Shown here: piece after piece, positions 37,833-49,439 of the stretch
Layout: the number at the start of each line of letters is the position of its first letter
How positions within the stretch are numbered: position 1 is the stretch's first letter
NCBI GenBank assembly: GCA_026023565.1
Contig: JAPETS010000011.1
Coordinates: 558,001-622,000, forward strand
Length of the DNA: 64,000 nucleotides
Direction of reading: 5' to 3'
From: Cirrosporium novae-zelandiae
Lineage: Eukaryota
Notes under the pieces: generated by a model
The model's input: only the letters and a program-made list of their open reading frames with translations
Databases searched by the model: none
What the model was told of the DNA's origin: nothing
Made by a program: the position numbers and the translations under genes

Positions 37833-38553
37833 ATGACTGATCACAATCAAGAAAGGACGATTTGGCGAACCAAGTGTCGGGAGAAGCTTTCTGAACATAT
37901 TAGTATGACTCGTCTTTAACCATTTAGGGAAATGCTAACTTGATATAGACAGCAGGTTAAACATCAAGCTCGCTCCGTCTGACGTTCGCTTAATCACCAG
38001 CGAGAGAGAAACTTACAAGTGGATATGTAATCCTGGAAAGGAATATTTGTTTGCTAAACATCTGAGCAAACTGTCCATTGGTGTCTATAAAGATTTATGT
38101 GCGGAGGTGGGTAAATCTTTCGAAGCGGTAAGCAATGAGCTTCCGATACCACTTGAGAAGATAGAGATCCAGGCAAATGGCAATGCAGTATGTGCTTTCA
38201 AGGTCCCTAGTTCCTTTATACTTCTCTAAGCCCTGGCACAGAAATTGGACTTCGTCGATGCGGATGGGCTTAACGCTCAAATCACCGAATTACAATCACA
38301 AGTATGGAAACTTCAAACGGATTGCAGTTTCTGGCAGTCTAACTTAGAAGCGGAAATTCGAAAACGAAAAGAGGCTGAAGCAGAGTTAGCAAATGTGCGT
38401 ATATGGATGAAAAACACATTAACTCGTGAACGACGCCGACGTGAAACAATAAAGAGACTTATCCCCACATTATCTTTCTACAGGAAGGAAGCATCACGAT
38501 CCAAGAAAGGATTTAATGAAATTGTATGTATTATAGATAGATTCAAAAATTAA
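37833..38553 (+). CDS. Hypothetical coiled-coil protein, multi-exon
   Basis: MTDHNQERTIWRTKCREKLSEHI, an intron, then LNIKLAPSDVRLI...YKW...LFAKHLSK, with a coiled-coil final exon. Confidence 0.5.
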
Positions 38554-39344
38554 TCATTGCAGTGTTGTTTAAAAATGAAATGAAAGCTGCCCCACTCGAA
38601 GGATATACTGCAGGGTCAAGGCCTTTTGTATCTTGAGAGCCTCTCTTTTCGCTATAGTCTTCAGATCCATCCTCTGATGAGTTTGGGTATAGATGTTCGT
38701 CCTTCGTCTTCCTTAGACTTAGATACACAGGGTGGTCTGGGGAGCATGGAATATCAAATGTACGGATTTGTCGAGATCTCGAATAAATGTTACACTATTT
38801 CAATTTCAATTAGCAGGGCTCAGGAAATAGTTATTCGACAAGTACTATGATACAGTTTTTGATGCCGGCTAGCAGTTTAGGCCCTTAGGTATCGTAAGAA
38901 ACCGAGACCAGGTTTATGGGAATCTATAGACTTCAATCATATAATTTTGGCGTGGCGTGGTAAGAAGTCTTAGATTTGGGTCGGCAACGCGAAGCCCTCT
39001 ATGGGATAGGTTGGAGTTTCGTGCAAGTTTTCTTCGATGTTTGTCAGATATTTACCATAGTATTGATAACTGGAACTCAACTGGGGGTAAGGAGCTCTCG
39101 CTTAAATAACTCGCTTCACTCAAATTTGCGGGTAACGTGGAGTTGGTCACCCACCAAAAATCTATTCCCTATATTATTCACTTCACTATTGTTTATTATA
39201 AATTATAGGCCTTAAGTGTAGGTTTACTTAGAGTTTTAATAGGACTCTTAATTAAAAGCCCAGCACTGATTGTTAGTCGATTTCTGGTGAAGAAACCAAC
39301 TCTCGATCGGTATTTCAACTTTGTTATACAACAACGCGCCCTGC

Positions 39345-39800
39345 ATGAAAATCGTGACCATTCAACTAAGTGATATCGACAGTGTCAGCTTTGAACCCGA
39401 CAGCCTGACAGTGTTAAAAAATATCGAGACGTTTGGGGATAAAATCGATAATATCGCGGAAGCTGTGGCAGGGAAGCTCAGTGGGGAACGTATAGCTATC
39501 GCTGACTTACCTAGTTCACCAAATCTGATCAGGAAGAAATCAGTAAGTAATTCTTATGCGAACAGGAACTCGTTCTGACTTGCGTTAATGCAGAAATTCC
39601 TACAAATTCTTTCCAAGTATTTTGCTCCTGGCCAGTACGAAGTCGTCTCTACTTTGCAAGTGTATCACCTATCGGGAAGGAAATCCATTGCATGGGACCC
39701 TGAAGGCCACAAAAGAGTCGTAGCTTACGTGGTCCTGCAAGATGTGATAGTAGAGGATAATGCAGGTAGAACCTGTCGGGTGGAAGTTGGATCAATGTAA
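39345..39800 (+). CDS. Hypothetical protein, 2 exons
   Basis: ORFs 39321-39578 and 39588-39800 are joinable by a gtaagt...gcag intron. Confidence 0.4.
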
Positions 39801-39842
39801 TCTAGTCATATATTATGCCGGAGCCCCCCACTGATGACGAAA

Positions 39843-40123
39843 CTAGGATCTGTTGCACTACGGATTGCACGAGGGTCACTATATCGTCAGCGAATCAAGA
39901 TCATGGCAGCGCCCTGCTTACCTTCCTTATTCGAGAGAAAGGTGAGGTTTAAAATGAATCAACGAAAGAAGCTTGTATATTAGGAGCAAAAACAGTTGTT
40001 ACATTATCTAATACTAAATCTTGCGACGTTTGGTAGTTCTGGTTCCCGTCTTTCCAAGCAGTCGCTTTCTACTATGACTAACTGAGTGTATCAATCTTTC
40101 GACTCTTTTCCAGCGACTCTTTT
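39843..40123. repeat. ~275-bp direct repeat, copy 2
   Basis: Matches 28211-28485 and overlaps the 3' end of chromo paralog B. Confidence 0.92.
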
Positions 40124-40723
40124 CACGAATTAACCTATTCTCGCATTGAGAAACCAGCTTTGGTGCATTGACCAGTTCAGCACGAACCCACGATGAAGCC
40201 CATTCCAGGAAGCATTTAACTTCGCCATTTGCTGACGATCTCACATCGTATATGTAAGCCGAACCCCAAGTTGTCCACACGGAACAAGAGGCCTTGCTTT
40301 TGAACTGAATATCACTTATATCCACCCACGTTGGACACCAATCTATCAAATACTCGACTTGACTGAAACGACCTTTGTATATACGTTTATTGAGAATGCC
40401 ACGAATTATCCAATCTTTATTTTCAGTCAAATATTCCTGCTCGGTGCGAAGCCGGTTTTTGTTAATAGTGGTTTCATCGCTGGTAGTGTCTGTGCGTGCC
40501 CGAGCTGTTACTACAGCGTTCAGGTCTTTCTCGTTAGAAAGGAAATGGTCGGTTTGAGGTGCAAAGCGTTCGCAATCATCCAAGTGTTCTATAATTTGTT
40601 AAGTCCACGAAAATATCAATCTAGATATATGGGATGCCTACTTTCACGATTTGCACCATGCGAAACTGAAAGGGTTTTAGAGATTATCGGCGCAAGAGTT
40701 TGGTAGGCGGGAGAAGATGACAT
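40014..40723 (-). CDS. Chromo-like domain protein (paralog B), 2 exons, next gene after the captain
   Basis: Exons 40723-40642 and 40588-40014. WIIRGILNKRIYKGRFSQVEYLIDWCPTWV...FLEWASSWVRAELVNAPKLV shares WVRAELVNAP with paralog A. Confidence 0.65.
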
Positions 40724-41314
40724 TGCAAATGATGGGTATTGTAAGTGATAGACAGATATTAGAAAGTGAGAAGATGAAAAATGATGAGGAAGATAACAGC
40801 CTATTTATAGGATTTTCGATGGCTTCTCCCTGCCGAGCGGCTATTCCGCCCTTTTTTATTGGTCGTTGTTTCTATTATTTATCTATATGGATAAAGGCTG
40901 ACGTCTTTATGGCCACCGAAAATAAGAAGTGTGATTAACCCGTTAAATTACCATACGCCCAAAATAACAAAATGTCAATATCTATAGTACTTTACCCAAC
41001 CTCCTTTATGGCAAATACGAAACCTATGTCTTCGAAAATCTGGATGGTATTGTATAGACAAAGGATTACTCTAATTATCACTATTGGTTGGAAACACTTT
41101 TGCAGATATGCATTACCAGTGTCCTATATAGCGAAGGTAGCAAACACAATGGACTAGCAGGAGAACCTCGTGGGTATATCGAAACTTGTTGTTTGCTATT
41201 ATGCAGTAGGTGTAATAGAGTGGTTGGGGTTAGGGTGAGTTAAAGATTGGTCAAGAAATGCAGCAGGTGATAGACCGCACCATATGCTATAGGAGCATAT
41301 GCAGTGTGTTCGGT

Positions 41315-44018
41315 CTACTTTTTGGGTTTTTTTCCCTCCAAGGACGATGATTCGCCCTCCCTTTTACGTTTTGAATAGCCAGTGACCTGGTGACTTGGCA
41401 TTCCGGTCTTGGAAGGCTCGAGTGCATGAACATCCTGAAAATGATCTTTGAGCAGCTGCGGATCCTGAAACCGGTATTTCCTTTGGCAGAGAGGATGAGG
41501 GCAGGGTGGGGTTCCTCCACAAGCAGTCAGATGTTCATCTATGTGAACAAACAAAGACTTCTTATGCATCCATTGCTTACATCGAACCGAAGCACGCTTG
41601 CTTTCATCACCGAGACAGAATGGACAGAACCCCGGGAAAATAAGTGTATAGCGATAGGTGAGAATACCGCAACGGAATAAGAGTTTGTCTGAAGCGAGAT
41701 GCTCTTCTTCCCAGTGTTTTTCCCACGTTTCGACATCCTTCATCCATTGACAACAAATATAGCAATATTCAACAAAAGTGTTTTTGTAGTTCCTATGAAC
41801 TCGACGAAGAATGGGGTCCGAAATTACTTTCTTGGTGGTTGTTTGTTGAAGACGTCTACTTTCACATAGATGAATATGTCTAGAACGACTTTCGGGACAA
41901 AGCCTTCAAAAATTATTTATTAGTGTAAAGACGGTGGAAATTAAAGACAGGCATTGCAACTTACTCTAACATAGCTTTATCACATATAGGGCAATGCCCA
42001 TTTATAGGTGATTCTCCTGGTCTGTATAGAACTCTCGCGTGGTCGCCCTGAGCACAGAGGGTAGCAAGGTCTGTTAGAGCTTGTGTCCCAGCTTCCGAGC
42101 GTATTTTGGCTTTTGTGAATAGCATACGCGAGAGTCGGTCACGCTCTGGTAAGAGTTTCATAACTACAGCCAAAGTCTCTTTGCGCAGTTGCTGGTTCGC
42201 TTCCAATAGAGGAGTGTAAACTGAATCCCCGTCGAAGCATCGCTGTCGTAATTCATCTACTGCAGCTTTCCGAAGACGAGCTTTTTTGGAATATAGCTCC
42301 TGTCGATGCTGATAAAGCTTTTTGTTGTGTTTAATATCATCGGCCGCCGTCAAGGTTTGTATCTCGTTATTTAGAGTGGCAACCTCTGGCATCTGATTAA
42401 ACTTGCGCTCTTCCTCGGCAGAAAGATCGGTGGGAAGACGTGTATCACGATAGTTCCCTAGTCTTCGAAGTTGGCTTATATCGTCCAAGTGAGATTCCTC
42501 GCTAAAAATGGCAGCCTGGAGATCGAAATGGGGAACGTTGTCGACATAACAATCACTAAAAATGGGTTTGCTTTTCTGTCCCATGTGATGCATCCGCGCG
42601 GCCTCCGTTGTTATTCCTGACCATGAAGGGATCAGCGTATGCCTTCAGCTAATTGCCTAAAGAGAAGTCTCACCATCAAGAACGGTACCTGCATGCCGAC
42701 GAACAGCATGGATAGTCACATGTTTCATATACCCAAATCTATCCTGGTGGCCATGCAAGAAGGTGTACAGCGCACCTACGCTAAGTGCATTGTCGGTCAC
42801 CCTTTCCGGAGTAACCATTCGAAAAACGGGAAGTTCCAAGGCTGTTTCTTTCCAATTCAGCTCAAGGGCATTACGCCCTGGCGGCGGTTGCAGGTTGGAT
42901 ACATCTTGCACAGAGCGAATTGTCTTGAATGCGTCATCCGCCAAAGCATGGGCAAAGATATACAGCAAAAAATTGTCACATAGCTTTTCGGGCTCGTAGA
43001 AGGGGGGCGTGGGGCTAAAGATTGTCAACGGCCGAGCAAAAGGGATGAAAAGACACTTACGCCCTAGAATTGAGAACAACTCCTTTCTTCAAATTTTTCA
43101 ATTTCGTTTTAAATTCTAATTCTGGGAGGGCACTGTTTCTGTTCTCGCGCTGGCCTTTCTGCCACGAGAACTGTACTGCGCATAGTAGTATCGTTCCTTC
43201 TTGAGGGGTTGAACCAGATACCACCATTATTTTAAGGTCCTAGACACATTGTTATTTGCTATATCATTGCCCCGCTGAATAGTTACTACCTTATAACGTA
43301 GAGCTTGATTACTGCCACGATAGCAATTTGACTCTAATGCAGTTCCCACACGTGCCGCCGTACACCAAACCAGAATCCAAAACGCAGAAATGGAGACCAG
43401 AAGGCGCGGATGAGGATATGTATGAATATCTTCTTTCCAAATAGATTCTAGAAGGTCACTGCGGTCTTGAGGGGCTACTGTCCCTTGTTCCTTTTGAATA
43501 TTTAGGACGTTCGTCTGTGTAGGAAGTATTTCGGTTATATACTAATGACAATAATAAGCAGACTCCAAAGAAGGATACGAAAAATAATCAGACATGTTTC
43601 ATCTCTCTTTGACTGGAGGTGTCTATCCGGATATTGTATTTCCTGTAGCATACAGTGCTAAATCTTGCCCAGCAAGTGAGTAAGCTTGCGATAGTTGGCT
43701 GCTCATCTAGTACTCCACGTATTGAGAAAGCTAGCCATTTCATAAAATGCTTTAAGCGATCGATATCTGGAGCTTGACCTGCAGGTACCCCATTGGGAAC
43801 ATATTTTGAAAGGTATCTATTTCTGTCAGCAGCAATTCTCACAATATAAAAGCCACGTACTCTTCCCAGCGACTAAGTAGTAGTTCGTATATTTCTTTGG
43901 TTGGGACAGATAAGCCAGCCCAAGGGTTAGAGTCAACCAAGGTTTGTGGAAATTCTTCCAAAAATCCTCTTTCCTCTGCAAGGGCAGCAGCATCATATAA
44001 CTTCCGTGGGCGAGGCAT
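41315..44018 (-). CDS. Starship captain: DUF3435 tyrosine recombinase, 7 exons, ~797 aa
   Basis: Exons 44018-43861, 43816-43594, 43541-43290, 43239-43061, 43014-42674, 42616-41965 and 41903-41315 total 2394 nt, in frame, all GT-AG. Motifs TAARVGT (Arg), WQKG (Lys), AHALADDAF, HAVRR (HxxR) and MGQ...FSDCY (Tyr), plus C-terminal Cys/His clusters (CPIC, YCYIC, FCPFCLGD, CPHPLC). Confidence 0.93.
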
Positions 44019-44195
44019 AATGTAGAAATAAAGATAGCCCAAAGTGCTAAAGTAAGAAAGTTGATTTATGATGAAAAGAAAGAAGGCACGTCTTATATAT
44101 TTAATGAAAGTTTTATTCATTTGTATTATACAGTTAATTACAGAAATAAATCTCTGCGCCGATACAGGTAAAATAAATAAAGATAGGAGGGGGAA

Positions 44196-44245
44196 GGTGA
44201 GGTTGGGTGAGACTGGGTGAAGTTGGGTGAGATTGGGTGAGCCTG
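44196..44245. repeat. Five GGTGA motifs at exact 10-bp spacing in the Starship terminus
   Basis: GGTGA at 44196, 44206, 44216, 44226 and 44236. Confidence 0.9.
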
Positions 44246-44319
44246 GACTGAGAGAGCGCGAAGGAGATCTTTTAAACCGGCGCAAGAAATTGAAGAAATA
44301 TACGTTTTTCAATTCAGAG

Positions 44320-44383
44320 AGCTTGAGACCGGCCGGTTAGTAGTTGGGTCGGTGACGACCAGCGAATACCGGCTGTTGTATGT
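44320..44383 (+). rRNA. 3' half of a 5S rRNA gene (5' half displaced by the Starship)
   Basis: AGCTTGAGACCGGCCGGTTAGTAGTTGGGTCGGTGACGACCAGCGAATACCGGCTGTTGTATGT matches the conserved 3' ~64 nt of ascomycete 5S rRNA. Upstream sequence lacks the 5' half (ACATACGACCAT...CCCGTCCGCTC). Confidence 0.93.
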
Positions 44384-44395
44384 TTTTTTTTTTTT
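44383..44395 (+). terminator. RNA polymerase III oligo-T terminator of the 5S gene
   Basis: T13 run directly after ...TGTTGTATG. Confidence 0.85.
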
Positions 44396-44871
44396 GATAA
44401 TCCCTTTTCTTAATACTTAGCCTTGAGTGGGCTTATTTATTTATTGTTAGGTTGGGTTGGGGGGAGGGTGGAGGGGGGGGGATAAGCTGGTAGTGGTTGA
44501 ACTTGAAAGGGAGGTGAAAAAAAAATAAAAATAAAAATAAAATAGGGGGCTGTTATTACCTACAATCTAGACTACAGTACAGTGCCCATAGTAGTTTCAT
44601 TTCATCTTGCATGAACTAACCAGCTGTATGTGATATGATATTATTATATCGCCCTCCAGCACATCTATCCATCGTCCAGTCAATTCATCCCATCTCATCA
44701 CACCCACCCATAATCCCAACAATCTAATCCATATAACCCATATACTTGTTATAGTAACCTCTTTGCTACCTACCTACCTATATTCAGTTCAGTTCAGTTT
44801 AGTTCAGTTAGAAAGAAGGGTAGATAGATACATAATAAATTTAATATCTTAGTAGTAGTAGGAGGAGGAGG

Positions 44872-44966
44872 TGTTAGGGTTATAAACCGGTCACGTGCTA
44901 CCCACTATTTAGCTGGCGATCCCACACATAGAATCCACAAGTTTGTCGCATCTATCTGCTCCAATA
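44872..44966. mobile_element. 95-bp solo-LTR-like element, 5-bp TSD GGAGG
   Basis: Begins TGT and ends CAATA. GGAGG at 44867-44871 and 44967-44971; second copy at 55069-55159. Confidence 0.75.
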
Positions 44967-46821
44967 GGAGGAAGAAGAGGTTGAAATGAAGCTAAGGACC
45001 TAAGGTAACAAGAGTAGCGAACTTTATATCATGGACGGTATTGATTATCTCATCCCATGTCAGGGGAATATGTCACAACGGAAAAAAGAATGAATGAATG
45101 AATAGCAAGAAAAAGAGAAAGGAAGAGAGGAAGAGGGAAGAGAAGGATGACCACGACCACATTCTAGAAAGAACCAACCAACAACAATAACCCCTCATGC
45201 CTCATCCCATCCCACCCAACATCCCATTCATGCAACAACAACAACAACAACACTTGAGCATAGAAATAGAATAGAATAGAGTAGCTAGAACTTTAGTAGT
45301 TAGATTGGATTGATACTATAATATTATACTATACTCCAATAGTAGAGGTAGAGCCTGATGCGGATGCTCAGGTATTAATTCAATGTAGAAAAAAGGGATA
45401 GGGATAGATAGATTGGTAGTAGTAGTGGTGGTGGTAGTGGGAGTTATACATAGCAATAGTAATAGCAATATCAAATAATAAGGTTATTGAGTTTTTTTTT
45501 TTGGCTGGCTAGGAATTTTGCATATTTCATATTTCTATTTTCTTTTTTTCTTCCTTCTATCTAAAGAAAGTAATAAGTGTGGAAGAGGTAAGTAGCAATA
45601 GGAGGTGGTAGGGGGGGTTACTTTAGCAGGAAAGGGAAAGGGGTTAGAAGGGTTATTACTATAACTACAACTACAACCCCCCAACTCCCCTCAACCGGTA
45701 TAACACCCTCAAGAAAAAAGAAAAAAAAAAGTCTTTCCATCTAGTTCGAAAGTGATATAGTGATAGTTACATCCCACAAGAGAAGAGAAGCAGGACAAAA
45801 GAGATATCCTTGGCTTAGCTTGGCTTGTGGCAAGCGAGAGTACATCTAACAATTGCAAATTTTTTAAGACGGAATGGAGTCACGGAGATGAAGAGGATTT
45901 TCTTATGTAAATATCTAGGTACTTAGGTATTTATTTTGGGAAATCCCAATTCTAACTAACCTAGGATAGCGAAGGAGTTTTTTTACTTTCAATTTTCGTT
46001 TTCTAATTTCTAAGATATAAATTTTTGGTTTTGTTTTTTTTTGGAGGAAGAATAGGGATAGGAATAGGAATAGGGAATAGGGAAATCTTTTGACTGATTA
46101 CCTCTCTAGAATGGATGTATAGTTATTGTTATTTTTTTACTGAATATTTGTATTAATGCTACTACTACACAGGAGTAAAGAACTGAAGTGTCTCTTCATC
46201 CCCCCTACTTTCTCCTTGTCTTAGTTGGAGGGAAACACTGCTCCTATTTTATGTGGAGACGCTCTCCTTTGGGTCATGTGGTTGAGGATAAGGTTTCCCA
46301 GGGTCCAGTTTTTTCTTGTTGGAAGGATAGACAAAGGGTAGGTACTCCATCACAGTACTATGGAATATATTGTGCACGAGCTGCTGTCGGTGCTGCGGGC
46401 TGCCTTTTTGGGGATGTAGCTTATGGGGGCTTGTGCGTGGAGTGGTGTCAGTTGGCTGTTGTGGGAAGGAAGGTTGAAAAGGTGCGATTGGAAATCTGGG
46501 GGTTGTAGGGAGGAAGGAAAGGGTGGGCTTGGTGGGAAGAGGGGGCTGCGACATGTGAGTTATGTTTGTAATGGAGAAGCGATGGAACTACCGGAGGACT
46601 TACGTAGTGTTCTAGCATTCTTCGAGTACCCTTGTCCTATAGCAGAATCACCATCATTTCCGTTCAGAAAGGTCTTCGGGCTGAATATGAGAATTGGCAT
46701 AAATGTTATTATACTCATTTGAAACCAAGTTTGTTCATTCGCATGCTGTAATGATGGTATATCTGCTGCAGCTGACCGACAAAAGTTACCTCCGGTCCGT
46801 GGACCCAAAGGTCATGTTTCG

Positions 46822-47703
46822 CTACCAGTCTAATACCTTCGCCTTCCTGATAGCTCGGCTGGTTCGTACAGTATCCATGCCATAAATCGGGGCCTCCAGA
46901 GAAAAAATCGCACCATCTTTGTTGCCTTGAGAGAGGAGTCTTTGCCCCTTTCTAATGCTTTTTATGAATTGAGTTGTGGGGCTGACGCTACGTCTGCTTG
47001 TTTCGCTAATGTTGTCATCCAGGTCATTCTCCGAGTCGTAGGTATGATATTTTGATGATGGACTTTGTTCGACTTTGCTTATGATCTCTTCCTTTTCCTT
47101 CATGGAGTCGGGTTTGTCAATTCTGACTTTGGGTGCATCTGGCAAGCAAGTCAGTCTGGCTTCTAAAGGATAATCATGTTGAGGCCCACCTGATTCAGGA
47201 CTTGAATCTATTGATTTCACCGATTCGGCAAAGCCTTTGATACTTGGCAAAAGTTCCGAAATAGCCTCAACTAGGCTTCCTGTAAAATAGTAAATATTGG
47301 CTAGCTAAACTTAGGGACTAGGAGAGGAAGGTCGAAGACAGATTATGACAGGATCAACGAAAGCTCGACTGATCCAAACATAGTCCCGAATAAAACATGT
47401 CGGGAAGGCCGACAAACAAAATCCATCAATGATGTTCATCCTAATTACAAATGCAATGTGAAGTAGATGCTTACTCTTTGAGGTCCTTGAATGGTCCACT
47501 AGGTTCTGGAGTCGATCGCATCTGGTAATGATTTCATCTGAGTTTATTTTCTTATCAAGCTCATCTGATGTAGCTTGGCGTGAAGCTGGTGGTGAAAGTG
47601 ACCGATCCAGAGACTTTTTGTTGTCTCGCTGTAGACTGCGAAGATTAGGAAATAAGCCTTCGGGGTTTATGTATTTCTTGGGGCGCCTTCGACCAGGAGC
47701 CAT
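46822..47703 (-). CDS. Hypothetical protein (host side), 3' structure unclear
   Basis: The ORF starting MAPGRRRPKK is followed, after a likely intron, by ORF 46822-47250. Confidence 0.4.
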
Positions 47704-48800
47704 ATTGATTTTATGTGTATCGATAAATATTTGAGAGAAGAATCGTAAATCTGTATAATGTGTGGAATATTGAGTAGAGAGATGATATTTCGGGAAGTAT
47801 GGTGATAAATCAGATGGGAATATGCCTGGGTCATGAAGATGGATTAACCTAGATGTGCGCCTGCTTAAGAATTCCATGATAATCAACACTACAGCATTTA
47901 CAACTATTGCAAGGAACTGTAGACAATACAGTAGTCGGAACCCCGGAGCTGAACTGCTTCGCTGGCAACCTGCTGAAGGTTCTTGATAGCGAAATTATCT
48001 GATGCATTTCTATCCTGACTCCGAGGTTTGCACAAAATAAAATTCTCGTTCTATTTGGTCAGACAAGCTCAAAGATATGAAATGAGATTAGTTGAGTCAT
48101 ATTTTAATCTTTTCAGTCCTCAGTTAAGTCTTGAATCTTGTTTGAATAGCCATATTGAATATTATGAGCCTCCCTTTGACTGGTAATAACCATAGATTTC
48201 CTTGCCCTTGGAACCAAATCTTGAACGTAATCGTCAAAGGTATGAAGTTGTTGATAGTTCTAAATATTGCAGAGTGCAATATAAGATACGGAGTAGTGGC
48301 AAAAGTATTATCTACTATTAATACTCGCCTTTCGCCCACATTTCAAGGAAGTTTAGAGGACTACCATATTGCTTGGCCTATGGTATTATTTAGACAACTC
48401 CAAAGTCCCGAGGATCCCATTTGTGCTGTGAGTGGCTTTTAGGCGTCAAGTCATGTGGAATATCACCAATCATAGTTGAGGAAAGCTAGACGAATGATAA
48501 TGGCAAGTCAGAATGTTATATTATCGTATCGTATCAGGTTGAGTGATGATAAAAAACATTGAAGCAAAAAGAGAAATATGGAAGAGGCCTGGGTGAGGCA
48601 ATATACACTAACTATATGCACTAACTATATTGGGCTTGGTATGGCTCGTTGGCCTTCTATCCTTTGCTCTTCTTCTATCCAATCATATATATACATAGGT
48701 ACTCAGGAAGAAGTACCACCTTTATATATTTCGCCATCTTATACCAAAACCAATTGGACAAAAGAAGACTCGCTAAATATTTTCAACAGTTGATGCTTTC

Positions 48801-49439
48801 CTATTCTTTCAAGTCTCTTCTCCTCATGTGCCGGAGATTTCCCTCTTTTGTGAGATCATTAACATATCTCCAGTCGTCTACTAATTCCTCATCCTCGACT
48901 TTCTCCCAATGGTTTTCAGCTTCTTCTTCTGGATTAACTAGAGGAATGTCTTCAAATTCCTCCCGTTTCAATAGCTCTGTTGTTAACATCAGTTGTGACT
49001 GTTTGAACTTGGTGCTCTGAAAAAGGGGATAAGTGGTACATTAATTTAGGTTGGTCAGAAGCATTATTTTGTGATAACTTACCAGCAATGCTGCCAGATG
49101 TCATTATAGGGTAGAACCTATTTTCCACCCGACCATTACGGGACTGTTCAACGGCTGTATCTTTCCGAGCTATTGTCTGAATCAGTATATTAGGGTTTGA
49201 GAGGATGCGTCAAAGACAGGTCTCTACATGTTGAACCTTGGTATTGTGTCGATGTGGTTGAGTAATCTTGGGAACAGGGATTAATTTCATGTAGAATTAC
49301 CATTGGTAGGTTTACCTGCGCTTGTAGCATGGTATTTCTTGTCGACCTTCTTCTTGTCGACCTCCTTTTCGGTCTTCTGTTTGTCTGGCTGCATATCTTG
49401 CAGCTTGTTGGCAGAAAAGAGCGTTTGGAGAAATGACAT
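48801..49439 (-). CDS. Small multi-exon hypothetical protein
   Basis: ATG 49439 lies downstream of a TATA-like box; MSFLQTLFSANKLQDMQPDKQKTEKEVDKKK; acidic last exon 48801-48989. Confidence 0.4.

Larger units (their letters stand above)
1..44319 (-). mobile_element. Starship giant transposon (captain-proximal >=44 kb; other end lies left of the window)
   Basis: A DUF3435-type tyrosine recombinase is the first gene, about 300 bp from the boundary and reading into the element. DUF3723, ferric reductase, patatin-like and NLR-like cargo are present. The right boundary abuts a truncated 5S rRNA gene, and sequence character changes from gene-dense to microsatellite-rich there. Confidence 0.92.

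Noticed and set aside
43839..44312. 157-aa ORF as a standalone gene
   Set aside because: Only the part from ATG 44018 is captain exon 1; the upstream part is the element terminus and 10-bp repeat.
44320..44383. Complete functional 5S rRNA gene
   Set aside because: Only the 3' ~64 nt are present; I found no 5' half anywhere in the window.
44400..46150. Hidden structured element in the low-complexity flank
   Set aside because: Apart from the 95-bp element, it consists of simple microsatellites and homopolymers like the other host spacers (54000-55900, 58700-59200).
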